Assembly: GCF_009914755.1 (NCBI RefSeq)
Contig: NC_060926.1
Reading direction: 5' to 3' (one strand)
Origin: the human T2T-CHM13v2.0 reference genome, Homo sapiens
DNA length: 64,000 bases
Shown here: positions 26,711 through 40,200 of the stretch, piece by piece
How the letters are laid out: each line of letters opens with the position of its first letter
Numbering within the stretch: position 1 is the first letter of the stretch
The notes under the pieces: generated by a model
What the model was told of the DNA's origin: nothing
The model's database searches: none
Seen by the model: the letters and a program-made list of their open reading frames with translations, nothing else
Translations under genes and position numbers: made by a program

Positions 26711-27551
26711 TGGTGGGAGTTATTTTAAATCAACTAAAATTAAAGAATGAATGTAGGGAGAGTGTTTCAAGGCAGAGAAAAATTTAAAAATCATTGATAT
26801 CGTGATGAGACTTCTAAATATGGGACTATGAGTCCTCAGCAGAACATAACCCTGAAGCACAATGGAAGGAGCACAAGGTTTCAGTTGAAGAGCTACTGTT
26901 TTGGCTTCTGTCGTTTGCTGTGTGACTTTGAGTAAACTACCTAGGATTTCCTCACTTTTAAACTCAGGATAATAATACCTATGTCAGACCTTCATTATAG
27001 GGATTAAGTGAGGTGATACATATAGAGAGTATTTTGTTAAAGGCCAAACACTATTAAAATTATACGTGTTTATACCATGTACAGAGAAAAAGAATTTAAG
27101 AGAGAGCACTGGGGGAACAGAACATCACCACTTCAAAAAAGACCATAATAAAATTTTTGAAGCAGAACAAAACCTAATGTGGAGGCAGGATCATTCATTT
27201 GAGGTAGACAATGATTTAACCAAACAAATAGAATCACTTTAAAGCACATACCAGATATGTGAGTGTCATGGTCATAAAGTTTAGCTTTGTCTGGGATGGA
27301 AGGAAGTCAGTGTAGATTTTCCTAGGGGGAATTTCTGTTCCTTGGTGTAAACTGGATAACAGTGTGTTTTATTTTATTTTGTTTTGCTTCACTTTATTGT
27401 TTTCTGTTACATGAACTTACATTGAGTTGAGTAAATTTCCATCAACTTATAACCTCCTATTAGAAATTTTCTAGAGGCTGTTTGAAAAACATCAAAGGAC
27501 ACAACTAAAAAATGACTACAAATATGCCTTGTTTGTTTTAACTCTTTTCAG

Positions 27552-27734
27552 ATACAAAGCCAGCCTGCGTATTTAACAATGTGGAATATTATGATGGAGA
27601 CATGTTTCGAATGGACAACTGTCGGTTCTGTCGATGCCAAGGGGGCGTTGCCATCTGCTTCACCGCCCAGTGTGGTGAGATAAACTGCGAGAGGTACTAC
27701 GTGCCCGAAGGAGAGTGCTGCCCAGTGTGTGAAG
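27552..27734 (+). CDS. CRIM1: CRIM1 coding exon (exon 6), 183 nt, VWC repeat 1: DTKPACVFNNVEYYDGDMFRMDNCRFCRCQGGVAICFTAQCGEINCERYYVPEGECCPVCE
   Basis: Translated by hand (absent from ORF track); acceptor ctcttttcag|ATAC, donor GAAG|gtaaga; CxxCxC and CCPxC VWC motifs; phase 1 to 1. Confidence 0.97.
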
Positions 27735-30159
27735 GTAAGAAAAGGTGCTAATTACAGATTAACAGGAGCATACATGGTATAGAGTTCTAAAATCAAAATC
27801 GTCCTAATTCAGTCTCATCCAAAAGTAAAGGAATATTGAAGTTCCTTTTTTAGCCTTTTTTAAGACACCATGGTCTGTCTTTTAGCATGTTAAAGCCAGG
27901 TAGAGTGTGTGGAAACACTTCCCTAAGGGAAGCTATGCCTGGGTGTAGACAATGGGTCACCTCTTTCCACAGGCAACGTGAGATGTCCCAGAGTTGTTTT
28001 CCGTTCCTCCCCTGCAGTTCTAGCAATTCCTCAGCAAGTCCTAGGGCAAAGCTTTATCTTCACCCTGGCATTAGAGCTCACCACCTCCTCACCTCAGATT
28101 GCTCAGTTAGGATAATGTGGGCCTCACCCTGACAGTCTCAGCCTGCCGGCCCAGAGAGGAACTAACTCTGCCACTGTCGTAATACCCAGGACCCTCCAGG
28201 GAGATCAGGGACCTGCTACTGCTTCTCTGAAAATATGTGGTGGTTCACATGGGGTCGTGGTATCAGGTCACCACCTGGTGACACCAACTCAAGGCCCAGC
28301 CAGGTGTCAGGTGTGACTCTCAGGAATCTGCTTTGTCTGGATTCCCCTTTTCTCTCCAAGAAGTAATATGTTCATGTTCCTTCAACAGGCTGCATCTTCC
28401 CATCACTGATGTTCATAAACAATAAGCATTTCAAAACAGTTGCTCTGAATATCACTCCCTGCAACCCACACATTTTACAGATTAGGATGTTGAAGTTCAG
28501 AAGAGAAAAGTCACTTGCCTGTAAAGTCACTTTACACTGCAGCCAGTAACAATAACCCCGTGCCTGACTGTGTCTATAGTGTTCTTCTGACAACACAACA
28601 CTGTTTCCCCAGAAAGGAAGGTCTTGTGAGCCTTCCTGTCCTAACCAGGCCCCAGATCTTCAATCTGAAGTCGCATGTGTTAATCTTATGCCTGATCTCT
28701 GCACACAAAGTGGGAGGGCACAGTGTCATGCCACTTTCCATACTTCCTCATTTTCATAAAATTTTCTCCTTTTGATATTTGAGCAATATTTACAACATAA
28801 TATTGAAGATCTGAAAATGTTTAAAGTATAAAAATTGCATTCCTAACATAGTTCATAACAGTGAGTTCTTTTCCCTACTAGAGGTTATTTTACCCAACAT
28901 AGGAGAAAAGTAGTTTATTTTTTAGGTGATGTTGACAATTAAAAAGAATTACTTCAAATTTTTAACCTTTCTAATTGTTTTGTTCCCTACCTGCCCCCAG
29001 TCTGCAATAGTTCTGAAACTGTGCAGCAGTTGATGCTGTAAAAATGTAGATACGAACCTCTGTGTAGTCATCATACTGAGTTGTCTGGGCATGGATCCAG
29101 TTATGTCTCACTTCCTGGAATTCAGATCCAGGCTCAACGTAGAAAAATATGTATTCTAATACTTTTTACACAGGAATTTAAAAAATCTTCTCTTGCTCAG
29201 GTCCATTGGCCGCCTCCCTCTCTGGCAGACTGCCTTCCTAACGCTGTGATGGCATTATTTTAAATGCTGACCTTCTAACTGACTTTATTATAATGTCCCA
29301 CTATGTCCTTAGAATAATGATGACCAAACTCTATGAACTGTCTGGATTCCTCTCTCAGCACAGCAGTAGTTGTTTGTTGAAGCCAGTTTTTTATGTATTT
29401 CTGAGAAAGAAAATTGAGTAATTTATCTGGTTGCTCTCAATAGAGGGATAAGAGAGGGTTTCATATGCAGTATTTATATACTTGTCAGTAACCTCAGAAA
29501 CTTTTTTTTTTTTACAGTAGCTTTGGCTACTTCTGTCTCCCACCTGGGGCTGCAGCTTAGCTTCCCAACTTATGGGAGAAAAAATGGCCTAAGTTCACAG
29601 CGCTCCTCCAAGGCACAGTGACCCATGGTATGTCTAGACTAGCCTTGTCATGAACAAGTCCACAGCAAGACCACTGTTGCCCACATGGTCGTGCAGGTAC
29701 ATGAGATAGAGTTTTAGAAGTAACAATATCACTCTGACTTAGGGCATTGTTGCTTCCGCTTTACAGTTAGGGAAGTTGAGGTTTGATAAACATTTATGTC
29801 TACAACTGCGAAGACATTGTCAGAGCCTAAAATGGAGTCATGTTTTCTAATTACCAACCCACAGCTCTTGCCACAAAGCTTTCCAACTTTACAGAGTGAT
29901 AACACCTGCACATTGGTTTTTAGACTACAGATCCTCTTCTCTGGGACTGCTGTGTCAGGATGAGTAGACATAAATTCAGTGTGACAGCTTCTTTTGCATG
30001 CACCCCCAGAGACTCCTCATGCAACCCTGCGCTTCTGTTGATCACAGTGGGAATAGAACTGCTGATGACTAGAACCCAGGGAAAAAATGTCTCTGGGTAC
30101 TGACAGAGATAAGATTTAGAAGATGCTCAGTCTAACTCTGAACTCATGTTCTCATTTAG

Positions 30160-30357
30160 ATCCAGTGTATCCTTTTAATAATCCCGCTGGCTGCTATGCC
30201 AATGGCCTGATCCTTGCCCACGGAGACCGGTGGCGGGAAGACGACTGCACATTCTGCCAGTGCGTCAACGGTGAACGCCACTGCGTTGCGACCGTCTGCG
30301 GACAGACCTGCACAAACCCTGTGAAAGTGCCTGGGGAGTGTTGCCCTGTGTGCGAAG
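30160..30357 (+). CDS. CRIM1: CRIM1 coding exon (exon 7), 198 nt, VWC repeat 2: DPVYPFNNPAGCYANGLILAHGDRWREDDCTFCQCVNGERHCVATVCGQTCTNPVKVPGECCPVCE
   Basis: Acceptor ctcatttag|ATCC with branch-point-like tctaac at 30131-30136; donor GAAG|gtaaat; ORF 30123..30377; phase 1 to 1. Confidence 0.97.
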
Positions 30358-33300
30358 GTAAATCTTGCAGATGCTAATGAGTCCCTGGTGAATGTCTTCT
30401 GTTGGAGAAGCTTCTACCAGCGTACGTTCTTGTTTGTTTATTTCCTTGGGCATAATGTCTGCTTCACGCTGTTACCAGTTGCCAACAAATTTATCAAACA
30501 GCTCAAACTGATGATTTGAGGAAAGGTTGCACATGTGAAATGAGAATAGTGTGGTCGTTATTTTGCCATTGCAAATATGCGCGTCTGAATACTTTACAGT
30601 ATAAGAATATGTACATTTTAATTAAGTTCACTTTGAACCTAATTAACACCCAAAGGTCAGCCTAACAAAATGAAATTGAAAATGAGACCGATGAGTCAAT
30701 CTTAGCACCTTTGACTTGTGATGCTTCCATATGCCCAAGCGTCCTGGCAACTAGAAGAAAAGACTGGAACCATGAAAGCCAATTTCCACTGCCTAGTGCC
30801 GTCACCGAGTATCTGTTCTACTTCTCATATACCAATGGCTGTGGCTTTGCAATTCCTCTAGTGCTGTTATTTATGTCGTGGTTACCTGCATTTGCTATCT
30901 CTCTTCTTGTTCAGTGGAGGGAAGCCTGAGGCATCCTGGACTAGTTTTTCTGTCCCGACTCCTATTCCAGCTCATTTCCTCCATCCTGGGAAGATTCTCT
31001 GCATACTTAACTCATGTCAGTCTTTAATCTTGTGTCCATGTGTGTTAGTGCAGACAAGGGCTTGAATATTTGTACAGACATTTCTAATAGAGGGTATCCA
31101 GCATTAAGAAGTACATTTGCATAGTAAAATGAACTAATGTGGATCAAAAATTAATCCATGTTGAAGATGGATCTTTCTAGAATTTCTAAAAACAGATATT
31201 GAAAAATGGACTTATCTTTCCAGAAAGTCAGTTAAGTAGACTAAGTCTTTTAAGTGCGAAGAAATCTTGTGCTTCCACCGAAATGTTAATAAACTCAGAC
31301 TCCAGAGTTTGCCTGACTAGCTTCATCAGCCTCTGAGGGGCTAGACTTATTAAAGACCTTAAAAATCATATAAAAGTTTAAGCTTGAGGCCTCTCTTTCT
31401 GTTGACATCACCGATTCCCTTGTCATTACTGTACTCAGAGTGCAGCTGCCACACTCCAGAACTTTACAGCTTCCAGATGACCAGTTTTGTGGAAGTCACC
31501 CACCCCTGCATGTATATATACTCCTCCCATTCCCTAAAGGCAGCATTTCAGTGCTGAAAAAAAAAGAGCATGTAGAAATACATATGATGGTTGTATAGTC
31601 GGCCTTACAGGAAAGGGTGCCTTACTGAAGCAGATGAAGATAAGAATGTCAGTCCCTAAGAATTAGGGACAATCTGTTGCCAACTTGAAATATTTAATTA
31701 CGAATATTTGGGACACACGGTAAGGAATATGAAAAGCATAAATTCATAATCCAGTAAACATTAGCCTTTTAACCTCATGGGTCTTATGTCATAAATTCAA
31801 AATAAAACTTTAAAAACTTGTTGAATAAAAGAGCCTTTCCTCTGGAAGTAAATGAAAGGAAGGCTGATCCTTTTGCACCCACCTTTTGCATTTATCAGCA
31901 TATCCATCATGAAGAGTGGAGAAGGAAGGCAGTTGGTGAACAGGTAGATATATATATAACTCATTTATTACCATTTTCTTAGCACACATTGATGTTTGGG
32001 TAAGGAGTGAAACTTAGTGTGGTCACTTAGAATTTGGTCTCTGCAACATCTGCATAGAGTTGTAATCTAATCATCTACTGTTTGAGAAAAGAGTTACAGT
32101 TTTGGTGAGCCATTAATTTGAAAAAATTAAGAACCTCCTGGAATTCAGATACAGCATTGGACACAAAGATAAGTAAGAGATAACCTTTAACTTTGAAGAG
32201 CCTATTTAGGCTGAGTTTTGAATTAAACCAGAAGAAAGGGAATGTCCCCGTTGAGGTATGGTGGGGTAAGTGCATCACATTTGTACCCAATTTCATTTAA
32301 CCTTCAGAGCAACACTGCTGAAGCCTTTATTATCCCATTTTGGAGATGAAGACATTCAGGTTTAAGGCGATTTAGATCATTTCCCCCAAGGGTATAGTTG
32401 CCATTGTGTGGCTGAGTGAAGATCAACGGAAGTTTGTCAGATTCGGCTCCATTTGTGCTTGCTTCCCCTGCCCCACACAGCATCCCAGCCTAACTCATGC
32501 CCTGCTTCTAGTGTCCTCACCCATCTCTACTCACCTCTGGCTTTTGGCTCTGTTGAGGAGTGAGGGCAGTCAGCGGAGGCAAGGGAGGAAATCATTTTGC
32601 AGTTTGAAAACTACTCCAGGTATTTTGAATGTGATCGTCCACCTACTGTCTCCTCGCAGTTTGAAGACCTCAGGGGAAAGATGCCTTTGAGATGCATCCC
32701 TGAGTTCACTTCTAGAGCCTCAGGTCTGGGCAGCCCCCTCCACCTCAACAGAGCTCAGCATCCTTGTCATTTCAGCGGTAAAGTTCTGCTGGCCTTTTTT
32801 CCTCTCTGTCTCTTTCATGCTCTGGCTCTGATCTCTCATCAAACGTTTCAGAAGATTCCATTTTCTGGTTCTCAGAAATAATTTATCTTGCTTTTCTTGT
32901 TTTTGTTTTTAACTTAGTTGAGTAGTGAGTTTCATATGAATGTATTTACTCTCCAATAATGCTTTCATTTTAAGATGTATTAATAATAAGAACACAGATT
33001 ATTTTAGTATAGGATTAAAAAACAGTGCACAGCTTAAGATAATGATACTAAAGGGTTATTTATGGCTACTAATAATAAACTTACAAAATAACACAAGGTG
33101 AATGGATCTTACTGCTTAGTTTATAGGGTCCAAGAAAGTCTCTGGGATCATTTGAAGACATTTTTTCTCAGCAGTCATTCAATATCATACTTAAATATAA
33201 TTTCAAATGATTTCAGAGTAGCAAAAGGATTGTATGAAATAAGAAAAAGTGCAAGGTGTTAATGTGCAATAAATAAGCAATCACCCAGAAATAGTTAGAG

Positions 33301-34029
33301 GAAAACCAGAAACACTGGTATTTACTTAGTTTATACACACAATAAATTCCTCTGTGCACAGTTGCGTAACCAGTGTTGGCCCTTACCCTATTAGCTACAG
33401 TCTCTAGGTACATCGTCAGAGTATGAAATTAGATGAAAGGACCCCACACAAGGATTGTGGTTTTAGATTCTAAGTAAACTAACAGCATCACTAAATATGG
33501 CGTGTTAGGACCTCCAGGGAGGAAGAACCTTATTGTGGCTGTTGTTACTGGAGACACATACCTTCCAAATGACAAGATAATGTGTCTTTTGGTTACTCCT
33601 GGAGGACTAGGGACATGAACCTGGGGGCCCTTAAAGACTAGGCTGTTACTTGACAGCTAACTTGATTCACAAGTACCTAAGTGCTTTTTAAATTGGCACT
33701 TAAGTACTCTCATGATGAATTCTTAGCAAGTTATTGTCAACACCCAATTCAGGTATACAGATAAGCCTTTCCAGTCTGTTAACTGATTATATTCTCACAT
33801 TTTGCTTTGTTGACTTTTCTCTACATCTCTTGTTTATCGATCTCATTATTTTTATTTTCTGACCCCTGTGAAGAGCTAGGGTGGAAACGTGTGGAATAGC
33901 ATATAAAGTTTTCAGTTGAATGGCATACATAGACGACACAGCCTTAATCTCCTTAAAAACTAAAAACAAAAAAGAGATTGGACGGCAGAATTAGGTCTTC
34001 ATCTGCAGGGCCACTGTTATTTGTAACCC

Positions 34030-34260
34030 TTAATGACAGTGGCTAACATTTCATACAATTGTTATGTGTCAGGTTTAAGTGCTTTAAGAGGAGCAACTAA
34101 TTTGAGATCCTCACAGCATCCCTTCGGTATGGGTGCTGTCATCCCAGTTTACCATCAGAGAACACAAAGTTCGGAGGCCATGTAATTTGCCCAGGGTCAT
34201 ACAGCTCATAAGTGACAGCACAGTGTGTCCCCAGGACCAGACCCTGGACCCTGAATGGAC
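34030..34260 (-). mobile_element. MIR SINE
   Basis: gatcctcacagcatccc...gtaatttgcccagggtcatacagct. Confidence 0.7.
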
Positions 34261-37200
34261 AGTGCCTCTGCGCTGCAGTGCATTATACCCTGAAAGAGGC
34301 TCCATCCCCCTGTAAAGAAAGAATTTGGCATATTCTTTTGAATCCCTAAAACAACATGTGATGTGTAAGTAGATGCTCAAAATTTTTAAATGAGTAAATA
34401 ATAAGTGAGGACAGTGAGGAGGAAAGAAAGACTGGAGCAGGAAGTCCCAACCAGACCCTTCATACAGATCTTCTTTTTAGTTGAGTGAGGGAGCAGACCC
34501 TGATACAGGGTTACCTTAACCAGAGCGTCAAAAGCTGATGGCCATTGGGACCCCTGATCTACTAGTTGAAGGAAGAATAATGTCAGCATGCTTATCACTG
34601 AAAACACATTTTGAGAACATAAGTAAGAGTGTTATGGAAGTGTGTGACATGAGGTGGGCCTACATGTCTACAGGCCAGTTGGACCAGTTTCCTGCATTGA
34701 CGGTTCACCCTTCTGATGGGCACTCAGCTCTGGGCTCCATCCCTGTGTCAGCCTCATGGGCCTTCCAAGACTGATGTGTATTCTGTGGTTTATTCTGTCC
34801 CAGTTCAGCCCCTGAAGTCCAGAATCACAGAGTTTAACTGGGGCTTCCCAGACCCTCTAAGGCTAATGCTTGCTGCCACGTTAATGTACTGTTTTTAAGA
34901 CGCCTTGTGCATGGTGTAGGTGCCACTGCATTTCAGTTACTTACACGGGCAAGGATTTTTTTTACATTGTCATTAGATATTGAGAATTATTTGCTGATTT
35001 TTTTTTTCAATAATAGCAAGTATAAATGCTGCCAAAGCTGATTCTTAATGTCAGAGGGATCCTGAGGAGAGGTTGCCATTTCCATTAGAAATCTATTTTG
35101 TGATTGAAGGTAAGATAAGGTATCGGGGAGGGAAGTTTTGGCTACATGACATCTATAACATCCCCGTGATTACTCAATAAGAAAAATTCAAGAGATGTGG
35201 ACAGGTGTGTGGCCAGCTTAGCTGTGACACCTGATGCAAGAGATTAGAGCTTCCTGGGGACTTTGAAGTCTTGATGTCAGACCTGATCTGCCTTCTCATC
35301 TTGGGCTGCGGCTGGACCCTGCCCAGGTGGCCACTGTGATCTGAGTGTTCTTCAGGCCTCCTTAGGTGCACCATCTCCTGCACGGAGGAGCTGATGATTT
35401 TGATGACCTTAGGGATTTTGAAGCCAACACCAGAGTATCACTTTTCAAGAACTAGGAACAACTTAGGTAATATTTTAAAAGGTAGCATTCAGAATTATAC
35501 TCAGGTTGCCAGTAAAAAAATTCCGTGCTAGCGGTTGGGCAAATGGGTAGTTTCCCCTCTACTATTTCTGTCTGTCTGAAAACAAAGCAAAATCCATGTT
35601 CTATCTCTAACAGGAAGTCAAAGAGTTATTTGTAGATTGTTAAAGCTGGATGAGAGGTATATCAGAGTCCATAGTATTCAGTATTTTTTAAGTTTTCTTC
35701 TTAATAAAAAGTTAAAATTGCTATTTGCAGACATATTATCAGATACCCAGCTGAGTTTCAGGCCTAATAATTCTGCTAACCTGGACTTAACTCTTGAAGT
35801 AGAGGATAGAGGAATAAGAGATTCACTGTGCATGGATTCCTTCTAATTCTGGGTTTAGGATGGAATGTGGTTGAACCAAAAAATCCACTATCTTTCTTCC
35901 TGCCACCTGGCTTTCTTGGATCTCTTACTTAGGGAATCCTGGTCCTACTTGGGACAGTGTTGAAGACTGGATGTCAGGCACGTCTTGACCTATGTGGATT
36001 TAGTAAGCCACTTCAGTCTCAGCTCACCCAATACTGTAAGTTGTGCTCCTCTAAAAGGCTGGAGTTCTGTGAGCTGTCAAATATATTGTCGTCTTCTTCA
36101 TCAATCCCAAATTTATGGAAGCACTATATTCTCTCCCTGAAGGCTGATGATATAGCTTGAATCAAGCTGCCCTTCTAATGAGATTTCCACTGGGCTGCCA
36201 GAAAAGTCTGTACCAGGCACATATCTGGGTGGGAATTCTTTGAAACAAGAAAAAATGTTTCCAGCCCTGCCCATAATGCTTCCTCACTGAACAGTATCTC
36301 AAATGATTAAGCTACTGCTTTTGTGGCACGGAGTCAAACATAGTTTGGCTGACCCCAAGAGGCAGTGAAGTCAAAGATGCCATAGGGTCACATGTTATTA
36401 ACATTCTGGTACATAACAGGGATCAAAACTCAGTTTATGGGTGGTATTGCTTCAGTGCCATATACGATGCTATTATTAGTAAGCCAAGAATAATAAAATA
36501 TTCGTAATAGCCTAAAGACTGTTAGGCATGTGTTTTATCCTTTAACTCTAAACGTCCTGGAAACTAGTTCCATAAATGGAAATTAAAATATAACACAGTC
36601 TATTTTTTGCTTGTCCAAATAAGGTCATATGTTGGGTAACAAATGCGTAGCAAATGACTGTTTCTTAACCTAGGTCTTTAACATAAACATCAGAAATTTT
36701 TCAATGTTGAATATTGTCATATTTTGATTTTTCTCTGATCATTTAAAATGTCTTTACATATTTGCAATAAAACTAGAATATAGGTAAAGTAAATGCAAAA
36801 GACACTCACATCCAGCCTTAATATATCACTTTCAAGATTTTGTGATTTTTCACAGCTATATAGAAATATGTACATTATATGAGTGGCTTTCTTTACATGT
36901 TAGATCCACCACTTACATTAATAGTTAAACAAGTGTAGAAATAAATGTTGTAGAAGTAGTTTAATAGAGAAGAAATGTTTATTCTTACTTATACCTAGGA
37001 GTTCTGCTGCTGGTTCTCCAAGTCCAGCATGTCTTTGCTTGTGTCGGTAATGCCTTGCTCTTTGTACTTGATTTTGAGTAAGACTGTCATACTGAACCAA
37101 GTTTTACGAGTAAAAATGAAGATTGGTCTTATACTCTTAATTTGCTAGATGACCAAACTGATCAATGCCTTAAATGTTCAGAATTGTTGAGAGCTAATTC

Positions 37201-40200
37201 TGAAACACATGATTAGAAATTCCTCTGCCCCTGAGTTTACAGAGCTCAGCTGTTAAGTATTTCCCTGTTGAAGTGGCGTGCAAGGGGGTGGGTTGCTCTT
37301 TATTTCCTCTGCTGTCTACTTCCCATACCTAAAAGGGTATTATTGCTGGGAGTCTCATAATTTTCCTACTAAGACAATAATTGCATCTAATAGATCAGAC
37401 TTGGGCCTGCTAATTTTCATCTAATCAACAGAGGCAGGAAAACATAGTCTGGAATGCTAACTATGTGAATGAAAAATATTTAGTCATTCTTGAAATGATA
37501 GGAATGTTTTTCCAACAAGCTTAAATAAACACAATCTCTTTTGAGACTGTGCTAAACTTTTTTTGGATGAGACAACTCTTAGGCAACCAAACAGAAGTTA
37601 ATGAAGGTTATTAAGAGACATGCCCTTCAGAAAAGGCCTGCAGACTTTAAAAAGAAAAGATTCCATCTTCTTTATGCTGCAACCATTGATAAATAGCAGA
37701 ATTGGTTTACTTTTTAGCTTTTGTCTACCCAGTAGAATTTAACATTTTAATTAGTAATCATACTGCCCAATGTTCAACAGATACCATTTTACCTAACATG
37801 GCTATATGAGACCATCTTATTTTAAAATCCTCATCTTCATCTCCTACTGTTTGCCTCAGTTCCAAGGAATTCATTGGACTCAACACTCCTGTATTTATAG
37901 CACCTGATTACACTTTTCCTATGAAGCATGTTTGTTTATTCCCACCAACACAAGGTCCCGCCAGATAATAAAATTATTTTTAAACATACTAAAATGTACA
38001 TATTCAAGTGAAGTGTTTTTCCTTTCACAAGTTATATGGGAAAAATGTATACTTACTCCAGGGATACAGTCATTCAGAATATTTTTGGTGCCTCTCTTTT
38101 GAAACTGACTTTAGAGATCATAGCACATCCTTTTGAATATCCTTAGCTTTGTAAACCCTTGACTTTGAAGGTTTATTAGACTCTAGGAAATAGCCAAAGT
38201 CATTTATGTTGAAGTCTGGTTTAAAAAAAAAAAAAAGGTGGCCGATCTAGCTGAGTAAAACTGTTTAGAGGAAGCAAAAAGTGACAGTAAAATAAAGGCA
38301 CTTTGTCTTCTATGACATAGTAATTTGCTCTGAAAGCAACTATGAAGAGGTTTCAAACAGAATTTTAACATGAACAGCATTTTGGCATAAGAATATAGCC
38401 TCTAAAAGTGAGTACTTTTATCAATAACACTTATTTGTAAGTATAACTCCTGGTGTGTTTATAAAAAAAATCAATTCACCTACTACATAGTATTTTTATG
38501 ACTTCTAGGGATTAGAGGCATGTATTTAAATGGTCATATACTGTATTACAACGTTTTTCTGAAATTGCAGGTGTTCTATTCCAACATTTTTTTCAAATAC
38601 ATTAGACTAAAATAATTTGCCTACAGAAACAGGTCAAAATAGGTTGCGATTCTAATATAATTTATTTTTAGTATTTTAGTTATCCAATTCCACTTCTAGT
38701 TATACCATACTGTTTCCTGGTATAGTCTTAAGTATATCCTATAAAAACAGAATGATTTCACATTGCTTAATATATGAGGGTTAGCACTGAAGATAGTGAA
38801 AAATCCAGTGAGTCACTGTTAAACCCCCATTAGAACTTTTCTGTGTTGTATCTATCTGATTATTGAAGATACAGTGTCACACAAGCATATAAACCATCTG
38901 TTGCAATACTATTTTAAAATCGTAGGACAGGTTCAAAGAGGGGAAATGTCCATTAAAGAACGCCTCTTGCGCATGTGTGGGTCTCCCCATCACAGGTGGC
39001 TGATGAGGTGGCAGGAGCAGCATCATACCCACCTATCAGCCTCTTAATTTGAGAGCCCCAAATACTCCCCTGCATGAGCTCCCAGAATGCAGATTGGGAA
39101 ATCTGTTGCCAGGGGACTCAGCAAAGCCAGATCTTGGTCCAGGGGTCATACCATCAGTTTAATCTAAATTTGATGTGCTTTGAGCAATACGGGACATGTA
39201 ACATGTTTCTGAAATTTGCCAGAAAGCATGCATTTTGTTTTATAAATATTTTGAGTTTAAGTTGATCAGCAGTTTGACCAAATTTTTATTTACCATTTAT
39301 ATCTACAGAATACCTGTTTACACCTCAGTGGAGTTTAACTTTCGCATCTGAGAGATTAGCTGGATTTATCTGGTTTGTTTGAAACAGCCTAGTTCAGGTA
39401 TATGGACCATTTGAGATCACAGAATTTAATGCTAGCTGCCAGTAAAAAGATGCAGTCCCAGGCTCCAGCTCTTACTTTGCAGCAGCCTAGTGAAACACAA
39501 CTAAGAATCCTCAAGATCCTAAGGCCAAGTACTTGATCCTTGTGGACCCTGCAAATCATGTAACTTTCACATTGGCTGCCGGAGCAAACCGAGAGTTGAT
39601 TTGCAAGCCACCGCTCGACCAGCACCAGAACTCAAAGCATGCGTTCTGTGTGCTTACCTCATCCCTGACTGCAGCTTATTCTTTTCTAGCTAAAATTTAC
39701 CTGGATCCCCATTTCCTTACTTTAAAAAAGTATTCATTCATGATATAATTTGAGACTGCCTTGGATCTATTACATAATCTAATGAGGTATATTTATGTGC
39801 TTCTTTATGTATAATCAGTGCCTACCATTTGCCCGTGCCTGTGCCTTTGTGCCTTGCATGGTGGTTGAACCCCCTTAGTTTGCCTATCAGTAGGAAGACA
39901 GGAGATCATGTTGTTTTTCACCTTAATGGACAGCTATTGCCCTGCATGTCAGCTCACTTTTAAAACAATTCAAGGAGTCTCTATTTGTTAGGGAAGCTGT
40001 AATATGTTTGGAGATAATAAGCTATCCACTTGGGATGGCCTCGGGCCTTGCATACGGAGAGGGTCGGCAAGCTCAGATCTTTTCAAAGCCATAAATCTCT
40101 CATCCTTTCTGGGAATCAAGTTTTTAAAAGATTCCATGGAGATTTTATGTTAGACGAATTCCACAGGGGGTGTGTCCCATAGTCCTGTGACAGAGATACT

